Assembly (NCBI GenBank): GCA_964035575.1
Contig: OZ037839.1
Location: 1,860,001-1,924,000, forward strand
From: Rhynchopus sp. YZ270_cl-10
Lineage: Eukaryota
Direction: 5' to 3'
Length of the DNA stretch: 64,000 nucleotides
Positions 10,776-20,400 of this stretch are shown here, one piece after another. The notes beneath the pieces were generated by a model. That model made no database searches, was not told where the DNA came from, and saw only the letters and a list, made by a program, of their open reading frames with translations. How positions within the stretch are numbered: the stretch's first letter is position 1; the number at the start of each line of letters is the position of its first letter. The position numbers and the translations under genes were made by a program.

Positions 10776-12722
10776 ATGGAACTGTGTGTGCAGGGATATG
10801 ATGATGACACCAAATACGTGATTGAGGTGGGTGAGAACGACACAACGGAGACGATGCGGCAGAAGGTGGCGTCTGCAACAGGGTTGTGCGAAGACAGCTT
10901 CCACATGGGCTTCGGAGGGAAGGAGGAAGGAGAGGACATCACAGAACTGAGTGCTGGAGACACAGTCGTGTTGACGAAAACTACTAAGTACCAATCTGCT
11001 GAGGCACTTCGTGCCTTGGGTGAGACGGACATTTCCGAAGCGAGGTTGGCGACTGTGAAGGATCCTGAGGTGGCTTCTCTGCTTCTTCAGGCGGAGGTTG
11101 CGACTGTTATTCCTGCTGGGTTCTTGTGGGGAGCATCGTTTACGAGACTTGATCTCTCTGCTGTGTCTGGGGTGACGCGAATTGAGCACGGCTTCCTCTA
11201 CGGGTGTGCGTCGGTGAAAACCGTTGACTTGTCGGGATTGTGCAACGTTACGCACATTGGGAATGACTGTCTCTCTAGCTGCCCATCGTTGACAAGCCTT
11301 GTGTCAGGGTTCACTGCTGTGACGGTGATAGGGAACTCATTCCTCAAAGGAAGTGGCTTCACAGAGCTTGACTTATCCGCGATGACGAGTGTGGCGACCG
11401 TTGGTATGAACTTGCTCCAGAATTGCGTGTCGTTGGAAAGTCTTGACATCTCAGGATGGCGCAAAGTTACGCACATTGCGAATTACTTCCTCAAGAACTG
11501 CACCTCGTTGACAACCATTGATTTGTCAGCTTTTTGCAGTGTCACGAAGATCGGCTCCGAATTTCTGCGCAACTGCACGTCGTTGACCACCATCAGCTTT
11601 TCAGGGATGACCAATGTGACGGACATTGGGCACAGCTTTTGTGTGGACTGCACCTCGTTGGCAACGATTGATTTGTCAGCTTTCTGCAGTGTCACGAAGA
11701 TCGGCTCCGAGTTTCTCCGCCACTGCTCGTCGTTGACCACCATCAGCTTTTCAGGGATGACCAATGTGACGGACATTGGGCACAGCTTTTGTGTGGACTG
11801 CACCTCGTTGGCAACGATTGATTTGTCAGCTTTCTGCAGTGTCACGAAGATCGGCTCCGAGTTTCTCCGCCACTGCTCGTCGTTGACCACCATCAGCTTT
11901 TCAGGGATGACCAATGTGACGGACGTTGGGAACAGCTTTTGTGCGGACTGCACCTCGTTGGAAACGATTGACTTGACAGCACTGCACAGGGTTGTGAAGG
12001 TAGGTTCCGACTTTCTGAGGAGCTGCACCTCGCTGGGAAGTATCGACCTCTCAGCTTTTGGAAGTACCACAGATGTTGGGCACTACTTTCTTAGTCACTG
12101 CTCATCATTGAAAACAGTTGATTTATCAGTGTTGTGCAGCATCACACATATTGAGTCAGGCTGGATGTCAAAGTGTTCCGCGTTGACAACAGCAGACTTA
12201 TCAGGACTGAGCAATGTTAAGAACATTAATTCACAGTTCCTACAAGACTGCACATCCTTGACCACGCTGGACATGTCAGGTTTTGGCATGGGCACAATGA
12301 TGCAACGTTACTTCCTTGACAACTGCAACGCACTCACAACAATCGTCTTGCCAGGCAGCATCGACATTCACGAGATGTCTCTCCCGAATGAAGCCCAAAA
12401 GAACCATGGCACTGGACTCACGAAGACCTTCGATGCATGTGTGCGTGACATTTACGCAAGGTTTACGGAACAGTTCGGAGGTGTGCGGACAGAAGATCTG
12501 GTACAAACAGACGTGTCTGGAGATGCAAGACAATGTATTGCATTGAAAGCAGGACAAGAAGGAGAAGGTTTGATGCAAGCACAAGAGGACGAGGACAAGC
12601 AGGAACTGGACAAACAGGAGCATGGACGCACACACTCACAGGCCACTCCTCCCGCAAGCACTGCAGACAACAGAGCTGGAATCGCTGCTGCACAGCTTTC
12701 TGGCAGCCCTACAATATCATGA
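10776..12722 (+). CDS. Ubiquitin-like + LRR protein, copy 4 (two extra LRR pairs)
   Basis: ATG at 10776; three tandem ~150-bp units at about 11500-11950. Confidence 0.88.
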   Translation: MELCVQGYDDDTKYVIEVGENDTTETMRQKVASATGLCEDSFHMGFGGKEEGEDITELSAGDTVVLTKTTKYQSAEALRALGETDISEARLATVKDPEVASLLLQAEVATVIPAGFLWGASFTRLDLSAVSGVTRIEHGFLYGCASVKTVDLSGLCNVTHIGNDCLSSCPSLTSLVSGFTAVTVIGNSFLKGSGFTELDLSAMTSVATVGMNLLQNCVSLESLDISGWRKVTHIANYFLKNCTSLTTIDLSAFCSVTKIGSEFLRNCTSLTTISFSGMTNVTDIGHSFCVDCTSLATIDLSAFCSVTKIGSEFLRHCSSLTTISFSGMTNVTDIGHSFCVDCTSLATIDLSAFCSVTKIGSEFLRHCSSLTTISFSGMTNVTDVGNSFCADCTSLETIDLTALHRVVKVGSDFLRSCTSLGSIDLSAFGSTTDVGHYFLSHCSSLKTVDLSVLCSITHIESGWMSKCSALTTADLSGLSNVKNINSQFLQDCTSLTTLDMSGFGMGTMMQRYFLDNCNALTTIVLPGSIDIHEMSLPNEAQKNHGTGLTKTFDACVRDIYARFTEQFGGVRTEDLVQTDVSGDARQCIALKAGQEGEGLMQAQEDEDKQELDKQEHGRTHSQATPPASTADNRAGIAAAQLSGSPTIS

Positions 12723-13713
12723 CATGTACGACAGTTTGTGTGGAGAGAGGCTTAGGTTGATCTCATAAACATTTCAAGTGCAATACGCGTTTTCGGATGT
12801 CACGAGTCTTACTGTTTCCCCTTCCCCCCTTTTGTGTCTCAGCACCTTACTTTTTCGATATACGGGTTTTGGAGGGGTTTTTGGGTATTTTTGAGGGTTT
12901 TAAAAATAGAGAGAAAGCATGAATGCGATGAACAAAGAGCAGGACGACAGCAAAATAGAGAACGGGGGTGTGTTTCATTTTGTTTCACCCTTTCAAGGTG
13001 ACCAAGCACGAACCTTTCTTTGTATGTTGTTTATTCTCTGCCAGTTGTGAGCTGCATGACCGGAGTCGGTCCTAGCCCATGGGGTGGCCCCTTTGTTTGT
13101 GTTATGCTCCTGGTGTGAAGCGCCCGTCCTAGCCAGGGTGTGGGAAATCTCAGGAGTGCCTTTTATACGTCCTGTCTGCCATTTAGGTTGATACAAATTA
13201 TCGCGCTTCGAAAACATTATAGCCAATTTGGTACAGAATAAATGTGCATGTTTTTCTGGACCAACGCTTTTGAAAGCACACACAAAGAGAGCTCATTAAC
13301 CGAATGCAACGTACTACTTTTGGGGGGTTCGTGTTCAGCCTTTTTCAAGCTTTTGTATAGGGAATAGTTTCGAACTTCTCCCCTCTTTATCCCACAGGGT
13401 TCTCCTTTGCCAACCCCGAGTCTCTCGAGCATGTTATCCCCCCATTTTGTTGTATCTTGCCTCCCTCCTCCTCCTTCTCAACACTTACCCCACAACAGGG
13501 GAACACTTCACTCGAAACAATGGAACTGTGTGTGCAGGGATACGATGATGACACCAAATTCGTGATTGAGGTGGGTGAGAAGGACACAACGGAGACGATG
13601 CGGCAGAAGGTGGCGTCTGCAACAGGGTTGTGCGAAGACAGCTTCCGCATGGGCTTCGGAGGGAAGGAGGAAGGAGAGGACATCACAGAACTGAGTGCTG
13701 GCGACACAGTCGT

Positions 13714-13732
13714 GTTGACGAAAACTACTAAG
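13714..13732 (+). repeat. Left target-site duplication GTTGACGAAAACTACTAAG
   Basis: Identical to 22517-22535 and single-copy in the uninterrupted paralogues. The last G may belong to the element, so the TSD is 18 or 19 bp. Confidence 0.95.
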
Positions 13733-13815
13733 AGGGTGAGAGACGACGCGCCTCCACGGGGTACCCTCGGGAGACGCCCCCCTCCTCTATGGGGGGAGGC
13801 GTCTGCTAAAGCGCG
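13732..13815 (+). ncRNA. Candidate HDV-like self-cleaving ribozyme
   Basis: P1 GAGGGUG/UACCCUC, L3-like UCCACGG, GG after P1', P4 AGACGCC/GGCGUCU, J4/2 GCUAA, P2 CGCGC/GCGCG. Located exactly at the element 5' end. The P2/P3 register is imperfect. Confidence 0.65.
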
Positions 13816-13852
13816 GGGAAGAAGGACGGCGGCGGGGGGCAGCCTCGACGCG

Positions 13853-16800
13853 ATGTGCGGAGGGGCAGGTGGCCAAGGGGGGGAAAAGGGGGTGCTGCAG
13901 AAATACCTGAGGGGCTTCGACATGCGGGTAAAGGACGCAGGGGGGAACGGAGACTGCCAATTTAAGGCGGTCTCGATGGCTGTGCACGGAGACGCCACGG
14001 CGCACGGGGGGCTGAGGGAGATGGCGGTGGGGGTGTTGGAACGGGAAGCGGAGAATTGGGGTGAGCACGTTGACGGAGGACCGTCCGCCTACCGGAGGTA
14101 CTGCTCGGCGATGGCGAAGCAGGGGTCCTGGGGGGACCACCTGACCCTGAAGGCGTTGGCGGAGGTGCTGATGCGGGAGGTGTATGCCTTCTCGGTGAAG
14201 GATGGGGAGGTGCGTGTGCTGAAGGTGCACCCGAAGGAGAAGGGCAGCGGTGCAGCGGTGACGGTGGCGTACGTGGACGCATGCCACTACCTGTGCGTCC
14301 TCCCCACGAGCACGGGGGAAGAAGCCGCCGAAGACCGGGCCCGCAAGGCGATGGTGGGGGGTGCGTTGGAGGTGACGGAGAAGCCGTACACCGTGCCGCA
14401 ACCGCGAAACGATGCGAAGGCGGGGACGGAGGGGGGCTTCACCCAGGGGGGAGGGAAAAAGAAGACGACGGCAGCGCTGACATTGCTGCAATCGGAGTGG
14501 GTGGGATCGACGCTTGTGCCGTGGGGGGAGGTGGTGGATAAGTCGGAGGGGGTCTGTCTTGTGCCGCAGGGTAGAGAGGTAGAGGCAGAGGGGAAGATCG
14601 CGCGCACGCCGGGCGTGACGTGGGTGGGTTTCGGGTCCTTCCCGAAGTCTGGTGGGGAGAAGATGCAGTGCCCCATGGGTAAGCAGGGGAATGGGGGGAA
14701 GGTGAACGGGGCGGCGAGCACGGCCGTGTACGTGGTGGGGAGGCTGAGGCCGGGGAGAGGAAACGGGGGGAAGAAGGCGTCGGCGGCCGTCCAACTGGTG
14801 ACGGTGTTTGTGACGATGAGGCCGACAGCAGGACAAGCGCAGGACCTGGTGTCAGCGGGGAAGAAGATGCGTGCGGAGGTGGGGTGCAACCTCAACCGCC
14901 CACCATTGTGGCAGGAGGGTAAGCTGATCTCCTCGGTGGCCGACGTAAGGGAGGACGTAGCAGAGCGCTGCCTGAAGCAGAGTGGGAAGGGGGGTGTCTT
15001 CTTCCGGATGAGACGCGAGCAGTCGGAGCATCTGCCTGTCGTGTGGTTGGTGGACGGGGTGGGGCTAGAAGAGGCCCAGGGGCTGGCGACCCGGATGGGG
15101 GGATGGGGAGTGGCGGCGAGGTACGAGTCCCTGGGGATACGGGTGAAGAAGGAGGATCAGGAGCGTGCAAATGCGGCACTCATGCAGGAGGGAAAGGCGC
15201 CCGAAGGTCGATACGTGGTGTCCGGTTTCCCGTCGGGTACGTCCGGTGAAGCGGTGATGGAGTCGCTGGCAGGCGCAGGGTGGACGGTGACGCCGCTGCG
15301 GAGGCTGGAGGGATGGCGTTGGGTGGTGGGAGCGAAGCTGGATCCGCCGACGTGGGCCATGGACATGGAGGGGAACGGGAAGGGGCTGCTGATCCGCAAG
15401 GATGGGCATAAGGAGGGCGGGGGTAGGGCAACGGCTCCGGGTCCGGGGGCGAAACAGAAGGCCAAGGTACATACCGCACATGCGTCTGGTCCGACATTTG
15501 GTGCCCGGACGGCGCCGGCGGCGACAGCGCAGCACAACCGTGGCACTGGGCCCGACTACGGTTGGGTGTCCTGGGCTGCGCACGCACGCCAAGCAGCAAC
15601 AGCGCCAGCTGCAGCGAAGCCACCCACTACCACATCAAGGACACCTCCACCAACAACAACAACAACAACGAAGCAACGGACGCCGAAGGGTCAACCCCCA
15701 ATGACGTCGCCCGCCCCATCACCTGAGGACGCAGGCGAGAAGTGGGCGGAGTTGGAGCGCCGGATGGAGGAGAGGTTGGACCGCCTGGTGGGCGAGCGCC
15801 TCCAGACCCTGCTGCAGGAGACGGTGGCGTCGCTGACGGCCCAGTTGCGGGAAGAACGGGTGGAGCAACGGAAGGAGCAGCAGGTGTGGATGGCGGCCAT
15901 GCTGGAGCAAGTGGGCAAGCTCTGTTCCATGCCGAAGGAGGCCACGGCTGCTGCGAGAGAGGACGCCGCTGCTGCTGCTGCAGCCCTGAGGCAGGAGGAG
16001 GAGGAGGAGGCGAAGGCCGCCGCCGCTGCAGCCCTGAGGCAGCGTGAGGAGGAGGCGAAGGCCGCTGCTGCTGCAGTCCTCAAGCAGCGTGAGGAAGAGG
16101 TGAAGGCCGCCGCTGCTGCAGCCCTGAGGCAGCGTGAGGAGGAGGCGAAGGCCGCCGCTGCTGCAGCCCTCAAGCAGCGCGAGGAGGAGGTGAAGGCCGC
16201 TGCTGCTGCAGCCCTGAGGCAGGAGGAGGAGGTCGCCGCTGCCGCAGCCCTCAAGCAGCGCGAGGAGGAGGTGAAGGCCGCTGCTGCTGCAGCCCTGAGG
16301 CAGCGTGAGGAGGAGGAGAAGGCCGCCGCTGCTGCAGTCCTCAAGCAGCGTGAGGAAGCCGACGCTGCTGCTGCAATCCTCTGGCAGCAGGAGGAGGAAG
16401 CCGCCGCCGCCGCTGCTGCAGTTGCTGCTGAGAACGCCAGGCAGCGCGAGGGGGAGGCTGCTGCTACTACGGCCCCGACTGTCGCAGTGCCCACTGCAGC
16501 GCCCACAACACCCGAGATGCAGATGGCGGATGAATTGTTGGACACACTCCCAGACGGGAATGCCGAGGACGTGATGTCACCGGAGCCCGCAACGATGGCA
16601 GGTAAGCGGATACGTGCGGGAAATGGGTCCAGTGAGGTTGAGGAGCTGAGCCCGCGCCGCAGGAGGAGGAGGGCTGACACCATCCGTGGAAAGCCGGGGG
16701 TAGTCGTAGAAGTCGCCGAAGCACGGAACCGGTCGCGGTCAGCACCGCCCAGGGACACATCGCCGACTGCGGACGTTGCTGGCGCCGGTGATGTGGAGGT

Positions 16801-17440
16801 AGTGGTGGCGTCCCCGAAGAAGAAGAAGAAACGCAGGAACATTGTGGCCGCTGAGAAACGACGGGAGGCACTACGGGCAGCACAGGAAGAAGCGGCGGCA
16901 AAGAAGGAGAGACGTGCTGCAGCAGTGCAGGCACAACGTGAGCAGGAGCAAGGGGAGAACGCCGGCGCAGGGACCCCCGCACCCACGACACCAGACGCCG
17001 AGGCACGGATGGACGACGCCGACATGGCACTGCCGGTGCAGACATCGCCAGACTGTGCGGCTGTCGAGGAGGACGCGGAGACCTCGCCAGCTCCCAGAGT
17101 GCCGGTGGCGCCACCTGCCGTGACCCTGGCGGGCAAGCGGGAAGACCGCAGTGAGTCCGGTGAGACGGTGGCGCTGCTGAGTCCGCCGCGCAGGATGCGG
17201 ACGGAAGTCCCCGCAAAAGAGCAGGCGGAGGGGAACGAGAAGAACGAGGAGTCGTACGGGAACGCAGTGCTGGAGGCTGGCGACTCCATGGAGTACTGCG
17301 AGGAGGGAGGCAACGGCGCAGCCATCCCGGTGACTGTCGTGAAGGTAGCGGGGGACGTCATCGAGATCGCGTTTCGTCCCGTCCAGGGACTAGACAACAG
17401 GTTGGTAGGCCGCAACACCCTGCGCGATGTGGGGCGGTGA
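13853..17440 (+). CDS. Retrotransposon ORF1: OTU-like cysteine protease, central domain, Ala/Glu/Arg-rich coiled-coil repeats
   Basis: GNGDCQFKAVS..SWGDHLTLKALAE..CHY OTU motifs. First ATG inside the element is at 13853. The frame is also open from the host ATG at 13520. Confidence 0.85.
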   Translation: MCGGAGGQGGEKGVLQKYLRGFDMRVKDAGGNGDCQFKAVSMAVHGDATAHGGLREMAVGVLEREAENWGEHVDGGPSAYRRYCSAMAKQGSWGDHLTLKALAEVLMREVYAFSVKDGEVRVLKVHPKEKGSGAAVTVAYVDACHYLCVLPTSTGEEAAEDRARKAMVGGALEVTEKPYTVPQPRNDAKAGTEGGFTQGGGKKKTTAALTLLQSEWVGSTLVPWGEVVDKSEGVCLVPQGREVEAEGKIARTPGVTWVGFGSFPKSGGEKMQCPMGKQGNGGKVNGAASTAVYVVGRLRPGRGNGGKKASAAVQLVTVFVTMRPTAGQAQDLVSAGKKMRAEVGCNLNRPPLWQEGKLISSVADVREDVAERCLKQSGKGGVFFRMRREQSEHLPVVWLVDGVGLEEAQGLATRMGGWGVAARYESLGIRVKKEDQERANAALMQEGKAPEGRYVVSGFPSGTSGEAVMESLAGAGWTVTPLRRLEGWRWVVGAKLDPPTWAMDMEGNGKGLLIRKDGHKEGGGRATAPGPGAKQKAKVHTAHASGPTFGARTAPAATAQHNRGTGPDYGWVSWAAHARQAATAPAAAKPPTTTSRTPPPTTTTTTKQRTPKGQPPMTSPAPSPEDAGEKWAELERRMEERLDRLVGERLQTLLQETVASLTAQLREERVEQRKEQQVWMAAMLEQVGKLCSMPKEATAAAREDAAAAAAALRQEEEEEAKAAAAAALRQREEEAKAAAAAVLKQREEEVKAAAAAALRQREEEAKAAAAAALKQREEEVKAAAAAALRQEEEVAAAAALKQREEEVKAAAAAALRQREEEEKAAAAAVLKQREEADAAAAILWQQEEEAAAAAAAVAAENARQREGEAAATTAPTVAVPTAAPTTPEMQMADELLDTLPDGNAEDVMSPEPATMAGKRIRAGNGSSEVEELSPRRRRRRADTIRGKPGVVVEVAEARNRSRSAPPRDTSPTADVAGAGDVEVVVASPKKKKKRRNIVAAEKRREALRAAQEEAAAKKERRAAAVQAQREQEQGENAGAGTPAPTTPDAEARMDDADMALPVQTSPDCAAVEEDAETSPAPRVPVAPPAVTLAGKREDRSESGETVALLSPPRRMRTEVPAKEQAEGNEKNEESYGNAVLEAGDSMEYCEEGGNGAAIPVTVVKVAGDVIEIAFRPVQGLDNRLVGRNTLRDVGR
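15961..16430 (+). repeat. 45-bp coding minisatellite (KAAAAAALRQREEEx) in ORF1
   Basis: About ten imperfect units visible in both DNA and protein. Confidence 0.85.
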
Positions 17441-20400
17441 CGGTGTGGTGCGGTGGAAGGGTACGGCACAGGATTGGCTTCTTCGTGCGTAGTTGGAGAA
17501 CGAGACGTTTTTGTGAAAACTGTCTCCCCAACAAGGGGTCAGCATCGTTTGCGCTCTGCGGGCTGTATGCTGTCGGGGACAAGGGGTAAGGGTAGAACGC
17601 GAAGGGGGGTGGGGCGAGGGGTCGGACACAGGGTGCGTCGAGGGAGGCGACGAGGGGCGTTTTTGGGCAGGGGGTCACTGCTGACATGTGGAGACGTGGA
17701 GGAGCATCCGGGTCCGTCGACCATGTCGCTTGGCACGGCAAACGTGACGTCTCTGAGGGCACACCCTGCGGTGGGGGAGTGGGATGTGGACGTTTGTGCT
17801 CTGCAGGAGGTGCGCCTCACAGAAGAAGAGATGAAGGGGGCAGCAAACGACGTGAAGGGGTATGGTGCCAAGCAGCTTCTCTTTGGTGCCCCTTGCAGAC
17901 GAAGCCAGGGATCAGACCCTCTGCGCACGCGCACGCAGAATGGTGGAGTTGCGATCATGACGTGCGCTGACATACCGACCAGAGCAGTACCGCCACAATG
18001 TGCCCAACAAGCGTGGAACGAATGCCGCTTTACGCATGCGCAGGTGGCATATGGGAGCGGGGGACGTAACATCTCTGTGTTCTCGTTTTATGGCGTGTGT
18101 GCTGACAGCGACCGCACGGAGCAACTCCTGACAGGCATCTTTGAAGAAGCAGCCAGCCTTGGGGACATACCGGTGTTCATTGCCGGAGACTTCAACGTAG
18201 AGGCTAACGAAAGTCTAGCCATTCGAGCGGCCATCTCCTCCGGCAAATGGGTTGATGCGGCAGATACCTACGCACAGCAGTTGGGTAAGGCAGCAGAGAA
18301 CACATGCTATACCTCCACATCGTCTGGCAGACGTATCGACTTGGTGCTGGCGAACCACGTGGCTGCCCCTGCGATCTCCAAAGTGGTGGTCTGGAAAGAG
18401 AGCTGCCTCCCGGTACACAGACCGGTGGTGTTGACGTTAGACCTGACGCGATACGAGCAGAAGGCACCGCAGGCACGCCCTCCCCTTTCTTTGATCGGCG
18501 ACGACTGGACGAAATGGCCGGCGAAGAAGGAGAAGGAGCTTGCAGCGAAGGTGATGCAGGAGAACGCTGCCCCTGAAGCCGACCTGACGAAGATGTCGGT
18601 TGAAGATCGCTGGGCACGCTTCTGCAAGATTGCGGAGGACTACCTGCTGAAGAGAGGTGCTGCAGACTCAGACCCGAAGCAACAACGCCACAGGGGGAGA
18701 GGGGAGGTGCAACCCGACGTTCTCCGACATCGGACGGCCCGCATGGACTGCGACACGCCGGATGCTGTGAACCTGGAGACGGCTCAACTGCAGAAGACAT
18801 GTCGTCAGATGGAGCAGCTCATTGGTGATCGGAGGAAGCGCTTCGGTCAGCCATCTGCAGAATCGTTGAACGAACGGCAGCTGTGGGCGAAAATCCGCAA
18901 GAAGAAGCATCTACTGAAGAGTGACACCTGGGACCTCGACCTTCCTGGGATAGAGGCGTTGTGTGGGCTCCTTGGCTGCTTGAAGAAGAGGGGTTTTGTC
19001 CTGCTGGAGCAACGGCGTCGGGCCCGCATCAAGGAATGGCGCCGCACAATGAAGGAACACATGAAGGTGAACCCAGCGAAGGTGTTCTCGTTCCTGCGGA
19101 AGGCTACGTCGTCACACACCACGTTCCTGAAACGGGAGGACGGCACGGTTACAGCTAACCTCCAGGAGATGGATGAACTGCTCATGGATGACCGTGCTTG
19201 GGGTGGGGTGTTCCGGATGTACGACGATTCCGAAGAACCTGCGTGGACGACGTTCTTTGATAGGTTCAAGGAACACATTCCTGAAGGGACCCCTTGTGTA
19301 TGCGAACCCCTGACCGCCGACGACCTCCGTACGACCATCGGCAAGATGAAGCGGAAAAAGGCGGCAGGCCTCGATGGGTGGAGGGTGGAGGAGCTGAAGG
19401 AACTGCCTTTGACACTGCTGGAGGAACTCGCGCGCTGCCTGAACCTGATCGAGGATACTGGGAACTGGCCCAGGGTGATTGCGAGGGCGTTGGTGGTGCT
19501 CATCCCCAAAGGAGAAGGCGAGGAGCCCCTGAAGCAGCGACCCATTACCATCACCAGTGTGATGTACAGGTTATGGGCGGCGACTCGACTCCGCAAAGTG
19601 GCGACGTGGCAGGAATCCTGGATTCACGAGCGGCAACACGGCTTCCGGAACAAACACGGAACCGAAGACCTGCTGTGGTTTCTCTGTGCGAAGATGGAGG
19701 AGGCTCTGATAGACGACACACCTATCTATCTAGCCTCCTTCGACTATCAGAAGTGCTTTGACCGTGTTCCCCAAGAGATCATGTTCCAGCTCGTCGAACG
19801 GTTGGGTCTTCCCGACAACATGATGCGCCCCATCCGGGGTATATACAAGAAGCTGGGGAGGCGTTTCAAACTTCCGGCAGGTCTTGGCAAAGAATGGTTT
19901 GCGACGAATGGTATCCTCCAAGGATGCCCACTGAGCGTAATCTTCCTGAATGCGCTGGTGGCGGTGTGGATGAACGGGGTGGAGAAGGAAACGGGCACGC
20001 AGGGGCTGGCGTATGCTGACGACACCAACCTCCTGACGAAGACCCTCGACCAGCTGCGAGCGGGTGTCGCCTTCACCGGACACTTTGCAGACTTGACGGG
20101 ACAACGCGTCCACGCGGGGAAGAGCACGTGGCAGAGCAACCGTCCTGATGAAGAGGAAACTGTGCAGATGAACGGCGCGGATCTTACTCGCGTCGAGAAG
20201 TCGGAGTGCCTGGGGGCGACGGTGCAGGCCCGACAGGCTGGGACGCCCACGCTCCCGACGAAGCTGGAAGACACCATCGACGCATGCGGACCGCTAGCAG
20301 GTAAGGTGGGATGCCTCCCGCTGACTCAAGGTGAGAAAGCAGGCATCATGCAGGCTGCAGTGATGTCGAAATCTGTGTACGGTATCACGGTGCAGGACCC

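Noticed and set aside
15691..17469. 592-aa minus-strand ORF
   Set aside because: Antisense shadow of GC-rich, repetitive ORF1.
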